From Fidelibacterota bacterium (GTDB lineage: Bacteria; Fidelibacterota; Marinisomatia; Marinisomatales; S15-B10): a stretch of DNA of 39,388 nucleotides. The stretch lies in the NCBI GenBank assembly GCA_046861655.1, contig JBHIAI010000007.1, positions 1-39,388 of the forward strand, written 5' to 3'. Shown piece after piece: positions 8,109 to 15,799 of the stretch. The position numbers and the translations under genes are program-made. Position 1 is the stretch's first letter; each line of letters begins with the position of its first letter. The notes under the pieces are model-generated. The model saw only the letters and a program-made list of their open reading frames with translations. It was not told the origin of the DNA and did not search any database.

Positions 8109-9316
8109 GACCGTCGTCTCCAGTTCCGGGGGAGCTGTCCGGTAGCCACGGCCAGATCCACGGTCCGGAGAGCCCGTTTCACCACGGGGGGATCGATCAT
8201 TTTGCTTCCCAAGGAAACCACTCCCACCCCATTCTTCTCCGCTTCACGATAGGCACGAACGATCTCCTTCGCCCTTTCAATCTCGGCTGATGTGGGGGAA
8301 ATAGCCTCATGAATGACACGGATCTGCCGGGGGTGAATACACCCAACCCCGTCAAATCCCAGCGACTTTCCATCCTTCACAAACCTGCGCAATCCCTCCA
8401 CATCGTCCACGTCGCTGAACACCGAATCGATGGCCTGAATTCCTGCCGCCCGGGCGGCGTTCACCACCGTGGTCCGGGCCATGAATGACTCCCGGCCCCC
8501 TTCGGTCCGCTCGGTACCCAGATCCGCGCTGTAGTCTTCCAGCCCGATGGCCAGAGCCACGTTCCGTGCCGAGGCCTCGGCAATCTCCAGGGCCTTCAAC
8601 ACCCCCCGGGCAGTTTCAACGATGGGCATGAGATACACAGGATCTTTCCGACCGCTTTCTTCAGCGATCGCTCTTGCACGGCTGTCCACTTCCCGGATCT
8701 GATCCGCCCCTTCCGATTTCGGGATGAGGACGACGTGAACGTTGTGAGGGACAATAAAGAAGAGATCTTCCAGTCCACGGTCTCCCTGGTTGATACGGAC
8801 CATGCGCTCTGCCCCGAAGAAGTCCACGGATCTGAGGGCGTTTCTCACCACAAACCGGGTGGCTTCCTTTTCTCCTGGTGCCACGGAATCTTCCAGGTCA
8901 AGAATGATGGCATCCGGCCCGTGGATTCCTGCGTTAAGCATCAATTTGGGCTGATTCCCCGGAACGTACAGACGACTTCGCCGGAACCTGTCACGGCGGG
9001 TTTTCCCCTGACAGAAGGGTTTCATTTCCGGCAGGTATTCCTCTTCGATTGTCCGTTTGGCCTTTTTGACCGCCGCCTCAATTCTTGCAGACACCACAAA
9101 GGGAACGGCACCAAAGTCCTCCAGGACCAGTGTCCCCGAATCCACGCCGAGGGCCCGGCACACGGTCTCCGCCTGGACCTTCAAGGCCTTCCCGTACAAG
9201 CGCTCCACCTTACTTTTCACATCGATGGAAAGGGGCTGCCGCGCGAGGTTGTAGGAAACCCTAAGGTCCGACCGGACCCTGTCTCCCCTCGGGCCCACTG
9301 TGAATGTACGAGTCAC
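8105..9316 (-). CDS. citE: Fusion of citrate-lyase ACP (gamma, CitD-like) and citryl-CoA lyase (beta, CitE/HpcH-HpaI fold)
   Basis: The N-terminal ~90 aa resemble CitD (VRSD, SKVERLYG, EDFGAVPFVVSARIEAAV). The C-terminal part resembles CitE (RRSRLYVPG, ILDLEDSV, VRIN, IPK, IVETARG, GLEDY, IHPRQI, MIDPP). Confidence 0.88.
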   Translation of the reverse strand: MTRTFTVGPRGDRVRSDLRVSYNLARQPLSIDVKSKVERLYGKALKVQAETVCRALGVDSGTLVLEDFGAVPFVVSARIEAAVKKAKRTIEEEYLPEMKPFCQGKTRRDRFRRSRLYVPGNQPKLMLNAGIHGPDAIILDLEDSVAPGEKEATRFVVRNALRSVDFFGAERMVRINQGDRGLEDLFFIVPHNVHVVLIPKSEGADQIREVDSRARAIAEESGRKDPVYLMPIVETARGVLKALEIAEASARNVALAIGLEDYSADLGTERTEGGRESFMARTTVVNAARAAGIQAIDSVFSDVDDVEGLRRFVKDGKSLGFDGVGCIHPRQIRVIHEAISPTSAEIERAKEIVRAYREAEKNGVGVVSLGSKMIDPPVVKRALRTVDLAVATGQLPRNWRRRS

Positions 9317-9320
9317 CTAT

Positions 9321-10001
9321 TTATAGCAGTCCGTGATCGGCAAAGGAAAAATGGGTTTCGCCCGCGATGATGATATGATCGTGAACCACAACGTCCACTG
9401 CATTCATAGCAGCCTTTAGTTTCTCAGTAATCTGAAGATCTTCCTGGGACGGATGGGTGTTTCCCGAGGGATGGTTGTGAACGAATACCACCGCCGCGGC
9501 ATTGTTGGCCAGAGTCCGTTTCACCACCTCCCGCGGGTAAACGGCGGATGTGTTGAGGGTCCCTTCGAACAGTTCCTCAGATGAAAGGATCTGGTTCCGG
9601 CCGTTTAAGAAGACAACCATGAAGACCTCCCGGACCCTGTCCCTGAGACTGACCTTCAGGTAGTCCACTACAGCCTGGGAGGATTTCAGGAATTCTTTTG
9701 CCTCAATCCGCTCCGACAGATAATGGCGGGACAGGTCCCGGACCAGTTTGAGTCCGAACACGTTGTTGGGACCTATCCCCTTGATCTTGCCGAGATCCTC
9801 TGGACTCGCTTCCAGAACCCCTCTTAAGGAACCGAATTTCTCAATGGCCAATTTCGCCGGCGTCTTGCAGTCCTTCCTGGGAGTTCCGAGGGTTAGAAGA
9901 AGTTCCACGATTTCGTAGTCATGGAACCCTGACAATCCCGCCCGGATGAATTTCTCCCGAAGCCTCTGCCGGTGTCCCCGGGCAAGATCGTCATCCGTCA
10001 T
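9321..10001 (-). CDS. radC: RadC family protein (HhH + JAB/MPN domain)
   Basis: GHRQRLR, YEIVELLL, IKGIG, VYPREV, HNHPSG, PSQED, DHIII. Confidence 0.93.
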   Translation of the reverse strand: MTDDDLARGHRQRLREKFIRAGLSGFHDYEIVELLLTLGTPRKDCKTPAKLAIEKFGSLRGVLEASPEDLGKIKGIGPNNVFGLKLVRDLSRHYLSERIEAKEFLKSSQAVVDYLKVSLRDRVREVFMVVFLNGRNQILSSEELFEGTLNTSAVYPREVVKRTLANNAAAVVFVHNHPSGNTHPSQEDLQITEKLKAAMNAVDVVVHDHIIIAGETHFSFADHGLL

Positions 10002-10998
10002 GATTCCTCTCCCGTAGGGACTCCCTCTTCGAGAACTCCATCAGTTTAGCTTTGAACTCTCTCAGTTCCCTCACGTTGCCGGGTTCGATTTCACCCGATG
10101 CCCATTTCAGATCGAAATCTTCGGGGGAATCGGCACCTCCTTGCTTCTGATAAAGGGAATAGAGTTCATCGGAACGCCGGGCCTTATTCTTATTGAGCGT
10201 GACCACGATCCTGTAGTTCACATCATCCAGAATATCACCCACAATCCGGGCAGGAACCCTCCTGCGCAACATGACCTGCTCCAGGTTTGACAGGACCCAC
10301 CCACTCATCTGGTAGTCCTCAAAGGCCTCAAAAGCCATGGGTGCAACCTTCTTGACCAGGACCGCCATGGCCTTCGCGTACTCCCTTATCTCGTACTGAG
10401 CGTGGTCATCCATGCGCAGTTTCAAGAAATGGAAGATATTGTGCAGATCGTTCTTCCAGTACCACTGCGTGTACAGATTGACGGGGAGTACGGCTCGAGC
10501 AAGCTCCCGGGCAATGCCCAATTCATTCAGCTCAGAGTACAGGGCAAAACTCTTTTCGGATATTTCCCGGAAATAGCGTACCACTTTATCCGTCAGATCT
10601 TGGGGAACGTCCGACTCCCTGCGTCCCTGTTTGTTGAGCTTACTCTGAAAATGGATGAGCCCTGGGTCAGGGATGTAGAATTCATCCCTGGCTTCAGAGT
10701 AGCGCAGACTGTATTCGTTGATGTTCGCCGTCCTGTGCCGCACCCACTGCCTGGCCACGAAGATGGGCATTTTGGCATGGAACTTCAATTCCACCATTTC
10801 AAACGGAGTGGTGTGCTGGTGGCGCATCAGGTAACGGATCAGACCCCGGTCCTGGGACACCTTCCGGGTCCCCTTCCCATAGCTCACCCGGGCTGCCTGC
10901 ACAATGGCCTCATCCCCACCCATGGTGTCCACCAGCCGGAGGAACCCTTTGTCCAGACACTGGATGGCCCCCTCCGGAATCCGGGGATCGTCAGGCAT
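9991..10998 (-). CDS. thyX: FAD-dependent thymidylate synthase with C-terminal extension
   Basis: IVQAARVSY, HTTPFE, RQWVRHRTANINEYSLRY (ThyX motif RHRx7S), ELAR, HAQYEIR. Confidence 0.95.
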   Translation of the reverse strand: MPDDPRIPEGAIQCLDKGFLRLVDTMGGDEAIVQAARVSYGKGTRKVSQDRGLIRYLMRHQHTTPFEMVELKFHAKMPIFVARQWVRHRTANINEYSLRYSEARDEFYIPDPGLIHFQSKLNKQGRRESDVPQDLTDKVVRYFREISEKSFALYSELNELGIARELARAVLPVNLYTQWYWKNDLHNIFHFLKLRMDDHAQYEIREYAKAMAVLVKKVAPMAFEAFEDYQMSGWVLSNLEQVMLRRRVPARIVGDILDDVNYRIVVTLNKNKARRSDELYSLYQKQGGADSPEDFDLKWASGEIEPGNVRELREFKAKLMEFSKRESLRERNHDG

Positions 10999-11827
10999 GG
11001 GGCACTTTGCCCCCGGTCAGGATGTTCAAAGTGGCATTCACAGCCTCCGGGTTTCCCGCGACCAAACCGAAGGGAATCCTCGTCTTCGGGTTGTTGTAAG
11101 TAACGGGTTCCCCCCTCAAACTCACCATGATCCCGCCGGCTTCGGCCACCAGACAGTGACCGCCGCATACGTCCCACTCATTCTTTGGACGAAGAGATGC
11201 GAACACGTCCCCCCTCCCGGCAGCAGTCAGGCCCAGCTTGTAGCTCACGCTTCCCACCGATTTCAGCTTCCGAAAACGGTTCTCAAACTTTCGCCACAAT
11301 CCGTTCCTGGATTCTGTCCGGCTCATCAGGATCTCCATGCCACCTGGATCGGATTGAGAGGAACACCGGATGGGATCTCCGTTCAGAGTGGCACCCTGTC
11401 CTTGGGCCGATGCAAACAGCTCCCCCGTAACCGGATTGAAAAGTACGCCCACGATGGGATGGTGATTCTCCACCAGGGCGACGCTCACCACAAAGTTTGG
11501 GACCCCTTCAATGAATTCCTTGGTGCCATCCAGGGGATCCACCACCCATACCCTCTCCTTGGTCAATCTCTCCCGGGAATCCACGGTTTCTTCGGACAAC
11601 CACCCGTAATCAGGGAACTCTGAGAGGAGAATCTCTTTCAAACGGTCATTGGAGGCGTGATCGGCAGTCGTAACGGGATTCTTTGCTGCCGCCCCTCGCC
11701 GCCGGAGGGTGGGCATCCTGCCCGTGCGGGATTTGTCCAGGACCGCGTAGTCGGACCGGTAATAACGGAGAATGATGTCACCAGCTTTCCTGGCGGCCTC
11801 TGTAGCGATTTTCAATTCCCGTTTCAC
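10991..11827 (-). CDS. cysQ: 3'(2'),5'-bisphosphate nucleotidase / inositol monophosphatase family
   Basis: PVTTAD, LSEE, WVVDPLDGTKEF, EWD, EAGG. Confidence 0.85.
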   Translation of the reverse strand: MKRELKIATEAARKAGDIILRYYRSDYAVLDKSRTGRMPTLRRRGAAAKNPVTTADHASNDRLKEILLSEFPDYGWLSEETVDSRERLTKERVWVVDPLDGTKEFIEGVPNFVVSVALVENHHPIVGVLFNPVTGELFASAQGQGATLNGDPIRCSSQSDPGGMEILMSRTESRNGLWRKFENRFRKLKSVGSVSYKLGLTAAGRGDVFASLRPKNEWDVCGGHCLVAEAGGIMVSLRGEPVTYNNPKTRIPFGLVAGNPEAVNATLNILTGGKVPHA

Positions 11828-11906
11828 GACGAAAACTTAAGGGTTGGCAAAGCAAAAGGTGACAGAAATTTCGCCGTGAAAACGGGCTTTACTACCGAAA
11901 TCTCCC

Positions 11907-14105
11907 TTAACGACTCGTTGAATCGGCCCCCGGGGGATGCTTTTCCGCTTCTCCCCTCATGACGGTGCCCAGGAGGGCAAGGTTTTTCAGAGAGGCCGTG
12001 GTTTCTTCCCACCCCCGGGTCTTGAGTCCGCAATCCGGGTTGATCCACAGATTCTCTCGGGGTAGGACCCGGGAAGCTCTCTCCATGATCTCCCGCATAT
12101 CTTCCAGCCTGGGAACGGCGGTGGAATGGATATCCCAGACACCCAGCCCAATCTGCCGATCGAAATCGATTTTCTCAAAACTTTCGATGACACCACCCCG
12201 GCTCCGGGTGGCTTCGATGAAAATGGCGTCGAAGTCAAGCTGGGCTATCCTGTCGATGATATTCCCAAACTCGGAGTAGCACATGTGGGTGTGAATCCGG
12301 GTTTCCGGCCGGGCCCCGGTGGCCAGTCTGAACGCTTTTATGGCCCACCGGAAATAGGCGTCCCAGTCCCCCCGTTTTATGGGTGCCTTTTCCCTGAAAG
12401 CCGGTTCGTCCACCTGAACGATCTGAATGCCCGCCTGCTCATAATCTGAGATTTCATCCCGCAAGCAGAGGGCGATCTGGTAAGCAACCTTCTCCACCGG
12501 AATATCCTCCCGAACGAAACTCCAGGCCAGAATCGTAACCGGACCGGTCAGCATCCCCTTTACCGGTCTGTCCGTCAAACTTTGGGCAAAGGCGATTTCC
12601 TCAATGGTCAACGGCCGGGGACGGGAGACATCCCCGTAGATGATGGGGGGCCGATACCCCCGGGTTCCGTATGAGAGGATCCACCCACTCCGGGTCGTGG
12701 CGATCCCCTCAAGTTGTTCGGCGAAGAATTCCACCATATCCGATCGCTCAAACTCCCCGTGAACCAGCACATCCAGTCCCATCCCTTCCTGCATCCGGAT
12801 GAGTTCTGTGATTTTCTCCCTGATAAAGGATGTGTACGCTTCTTCCGTTAGATCCCCTCTCCGGAAAGCGGCTCGCTTCTTTCGGATTTCGGACGTCTGG
12901 GGAAAACTTCCAATGGTGGTCGTGGGATACACCGGCAGCGGGAGCTTCTCCTGCTGAATGGACTTCCTTTCCGAATAATCCTTGTCCCGGGAAAAGTCAA
13001 CTTCCGTCAGGGCCTCAACCCGCATTCGCACCGCCGGGTTCACCCCGAAGTCCGGCGCGCCATGGCCTTCCCCGGTCCTTTCTCCGTGGTGGGCCTGGAC
13101 AATCGCCGACAGTTCCACCAACCGTTCCTCAGCAAAAGCGAGCCGTTTCACGAGTTCCGGGTCGAGTTCTTCGTTTTCCACCGTTACGGGCAGATGGTAC
13201 AGGGGAGCCGCGTTAGAGATGGCCAGCTGACGGGCGTACCCCGAAAGTTCTTCCACCCTCTCTGCCGCCCGGTCGATAGGGGTTCGCCACACATTCCTGC
13301 CGTCCACCAGTCCGGCGATGAGCACCTTATCATCCGGAAACCCTGCATTTTTCAGGTGGTCAAGGTTGTCCTTTCCGTGCACGAAATCCAGCCCGATCCC
13401 GTCCACGGGAAGGGCGAAGAGCTCCTCCGGAAAATCGATGCTGTCATAGTAGGTAAACACGTAAAGCCGGCAACCGGTCTCGGACAGGATTCTGTAGGCC
13501 TCCCGGAGGGCGGCGATCTCCCCGGGAGTCAATTCCATGACAAACGCCGGTTCGTCGATGTGAATCTCTTCACACTCCTGAATCATCTGCCGGTATACGT
13601 GGGTCAATTGGAGAAGAATGGGATGGAATCGTTCCGGCGGAACTCCCTTGGTGAGTTTCAGAAACGTAAAGGGACCTATCACATAGGGGATGCCTCCGGA
13701 AAACCTGTCCCTGTATTCAGCGGGCTTGTTCCAGTTCAGGCTCAGGGAGTCGGGTTTCACCCGGGACCAATCGGTGACCAGATAGTGGTAGTTGGTATTG
13801 AACCATTTGGTGAGTTCCAGGGCCTGCCTGCCCCTGCAGAGGTCATAGTACGCCTTGAGATCCCCGGGTCGATACAATCCGGTCATGATGGCCGTATCCA
13901 GCATGGAGTCATAAAAGGTCATTTCGCCCACGGGAAAACTGTCCACAGACCGTTGGTAGGTGGCGATCATGTCGCTCTGGATGTCATCCAGGGCGGTTCT
14001 GAGCTCACCTTCGGAAATCTTCCCTTTCCAGAACCCTTCGACGGATCGTTTATATTCGCGCTTTCTTCCCAGTCTCGGAAGACCATAGGCGTACGTTTTG
14101 ACCAT
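11907..14105 (-). CDS. metE: Cobalamin-independent methionine synthase
   Basis: GLPRLG, KWFNTNYHY, TTTIGSFPQT, HGEFERSDMVEFF; Zn ligands HTHMCY, IE and NPDCGLKTR. Start set at ATG 14105 (GGAG RBS), not the TTG at 14132. Confidence 0.96.
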   Translation of the reverse strand: MVKTYAYGLPRLGRKREYKRSVEGFWKGKISEGELRTALDDIQSDMIATYQRSVDSFPVGEMTFYDSMLDTAIMTGLYRPGDLKAYYDLCRGRQALELTKWFNTNYHYLVTDWSRVKPDSLSLNWNKPAEYRDRFSGGIPYVIGPFTFLKLTKGVPPERFHPILLQLTHVYRQMIQECEEIHIDEPAFVMELTPGEIAALREAYRILSETGCRLYVFTYYDSIDFPEELFALPVDGIGLDFVHGKDNLDHLKNAGFPDDKVLIAGLVDGRNVWRTPIDRAAERVEELSGYARQLAISNAAPLYHLPVTVENEELDPELVKRLAFAEERLVELSAIVQAHHGERTGEGHGAPDFGVNPAVRMRVEALTEVDFSRDKDYSERKSIQQEKLPLPVYPTTTIGSFPQTSEIRKKRAAFRRGDLTEEAYTSFIREKITELIRMQEGMGLDVLVHGEFERSDMVEFFAEQLEGIATTRSGWILSYGTRGYRPPIIYGDVSRPRPLTIEEIAFAQSLTDRPVKGMLTGPVTILAWSFVREDIPVEKVAYQIALCLRDEISDYEQAGIQIVQVDEPAFREKAPIKRGDWDAYFRWAIKAFRLATGARPETRIHTHMCYSEFGNIIDRIAQLDFDAIFIEATRSRGGVIESFEKIDFDRQIGLGVWDIHSTAVPRLEDMREIMERASRVLPRENLWINPDCGLKTRGWEETTASLKNLALLGTVMRGEAEKHPPGADSTSR

Positions 14106-14122
14106 CGTCTTTCTCCCTAAGT

Positions 14123-14152
14123 AATAAAACAAAAGCCGGTGCTTTCCGGCTT
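14123..14152 (-). terminator. Intrinsic terminator (attenuator) in the metE leader
   Basis: Minus strand reads AAGCCGG-AAAGCA-CCGGCTT followed by TTGTTTTATT: a perfect 7-bp stem plus U tract, located between the aptamer and the RBS. Confidence 0.8.
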
Positions 14153-14158
14153 CTGGTA

Positions 14159-14209
14159 CCTTTTTAGCACCTTGTTTTCGGTCGCGGCAATACGGCTCAA
14201 ATCACGACC
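14159..14209 (-). ncRNA. SAM-II (SAM_alpha) riboswitch aptamer
   Basis: Minus strand GGUCGUGAUUUGAGCCGUAUUGCCGCGACCGAAAACAAGGUGCUAAAAAGG. P1 is GGUCGU/GCGACC; it has the hallmark GAUUU, CCGUAUUGC and GCUAAA elements and pseudoknot pairing UGCC/GGUG, directly upstream of metE. Confidence 0.88.
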
Positions 14210-14214
14210 CCTGA

Positions 14215-14243
14215 AGTTTACCAATCTTTTTGTTTCCAGGCAA
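14215..14243 (-). promoter_or_regulatory. Sigma70-type promoter for the metE leader
   Basis: TTGCCT-17 nt-TAAACT with an extended -10 TG; the predicted +1 falls at the 5' end of the riboswitch. Confidence 0.7.
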
Positions 14244-14469
14244 CGCCCTTGTGTCCGTTGTTTTATCCCGGTGGAAAACGTGAACATCTACGCGTTTTGA
14301 TGATCTGTTCCATCGTTCGGGCGATTTTTTTCGGTCAGACTCGGCAGCTTGAAATCTTGCTGCAAAAGTGATTCATGTGTGTTAGTATCATTTGCCGGTA
14401 TCAAGAGACGATATGGGTGAATCCTGAATCACCGATGTTCTAGAGTAATACCGCATAGGACTGCTGAAG

Positions 14470-15417
14470 ATGAATCTGACGGTCTCAATCGTGTTCTTTG
14501 TGATCGGACTTGGGTTGATCATCTGGTTCGCCGAGCGGCTGGTCAAAGGGGTGGTCCGGACTTCTTTGGGGTTTGGGATTTCCGCCTTCCTGGTTAGCGT
14601 CCTTTTTGTCGGCTTCGATCCCGAGAATCTCGCTCTGGGAGCGGTGGCTTCTTTTGAAGGAGTGGCAGGCATCGCATTGGGCTCGATTGTCGGTGCTGCC
14701 ATGGTCGCCATGGCTCTGGCTTTCGGGATAACGGCCCTGATTGCTCCCATGGAGTTCAGGCAAGCGCCGAAGCCGGTGCTCGCCGTGCCCATCCTGGCCA
14801 TCCTGCTTCTGGGTCTGGTGAGTGTTGATGGCGAGCTATCACGTCTGGATGGCGGCATCCTACTCCTAGGATTCTCGCTCTCCGTCCTGTATCTGTTGAG
14901 ATTGACCAAGAAAGGGGTGGACATCCATCCCACGGGAGAAGTCGCTGAAACGCTGGAAGAAGCAGAAGGAGGCAGCAAATGGAAAGCCTTTGGGCTGCTC
15001 CTTCTTTCCCTGGCCGGGATTATCGCGGGAAGCGAAATGCTGCTGGCCGGGTCCCGGGTCGTAATTGGGGGTCTTGGGCTGTCCGAAACGGTCTTTGGCA
15101 TGACCATCCTGGCGCTGCTGGTAAGCATTGAAGAGCTGGCCCGGGAGCTGCCCGCCGAGCGCCGGGGAAGACCGGACATAAGTTACGGGAATGTCGCGGG
15201 TTCGATCCTGGCTTTCTTCCTCTTTAACGCGGGAATCATCGCTTCGGTCCATCCTGTTCCCGTGAGCGATCAGGTCCTTGTGTTCTACCTTCCCATGGGG
15301 CTTATGACAACGCTCGTAGTATCGGCATTCATGCTGCGCCGGAAGGTTTCCCGGTGGGCGGGCGGTGTTCTCCTGGGGCTCTACCTGATCTTTTTCGTCG
15401 GCGGCTATCTCCTGTAG
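14470..15417 (+). CDS. Divergent Ca2+/cation antiporter (CaCA, YrbG-like) membrane protein
   Basis: 315 aa, about 10 TM helices in two similar halves; IALGSIVGA and ISYGNVAGS, DGELSRLDG, SETVFGMTILA. Confidence 0.8.
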   Translation: MNLTVSIVFFVIGLGLIIWFAERLVKGVVRTSLGFGISAFLVSVLFVGFDPENLALGAVASFEGVAGIALGSIVGAAMVAMALAFGITALIAPMEFRQAPKPVLAVPILAILLLGLVSVDGELSRLDGGILLLGFSLSVLYLLRLTKKGVDIHPTGEVAETLEEAEGGSKWKAFGLLLLSLAGIIAGSEMLLAGSRVVIGGLGLSETVFGMTILALLVSIEELARELPAERRGRPDISYGNVAGSILAFFLFNAGIIASVHPVPVSDQVLVFYLPMGLMTTLVVSAFMLRRKVSRWAGGVLLGLYLIFFVGGYLL

Positions 15418-15799
15418 GACCTCCGACTCATGATCCAGAACCCCGGGGAGGGTCCAAGAAAATCCTTGAGAACTCGGGGTTTCGAGCGTATTTTCCATCG
15501 GAAAAGGACCGGATCGGGAAGGTCTCGGGTCGAAATTTTTGAGAATTCTTTCTTGAGCTTTTGCTTTTGAGCCTTAGAAAGCAGATTGGCAACAAAACAA
15601 GATTTTTTCTTCACTCTTCCTTCCTGACTGTCCCTTCTAAAACGGCTGGTGGTAGCTTCGTCGCACGACGGTGACACCCCCGGAATGACGCCACTCCTGG
15701 TGTCCTTCCCGTAATCGATCCGCCGCCGCGACCATCCATTTGGCACCATCGCTATCGTCTGACGAATGACGTCAGTTCACTGTATAACATGGGACTATC

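Noticed and set aside
9321..10001. radC as a marker of a mobile element
   Set aside because: It is the full-length HhH+JAB chromosomal form, embedded among housekeeping genes with no integrase or transfer genes.
11828..11906. Intrinsic terminator after metE
   Set aside because: Only an interrupted stem (GAGATTTCG/CGAAATTTC with inner CCGT/ACGG) and a displaced, broken U tract; too weak to call.
14106..14132. ORF-track start of metE at TTG 14132
   Set aside because: It lies in the terminator U tract with no RBS. ATG 14105 has a GGAG RBS and matches the usual MetE N-terminus.
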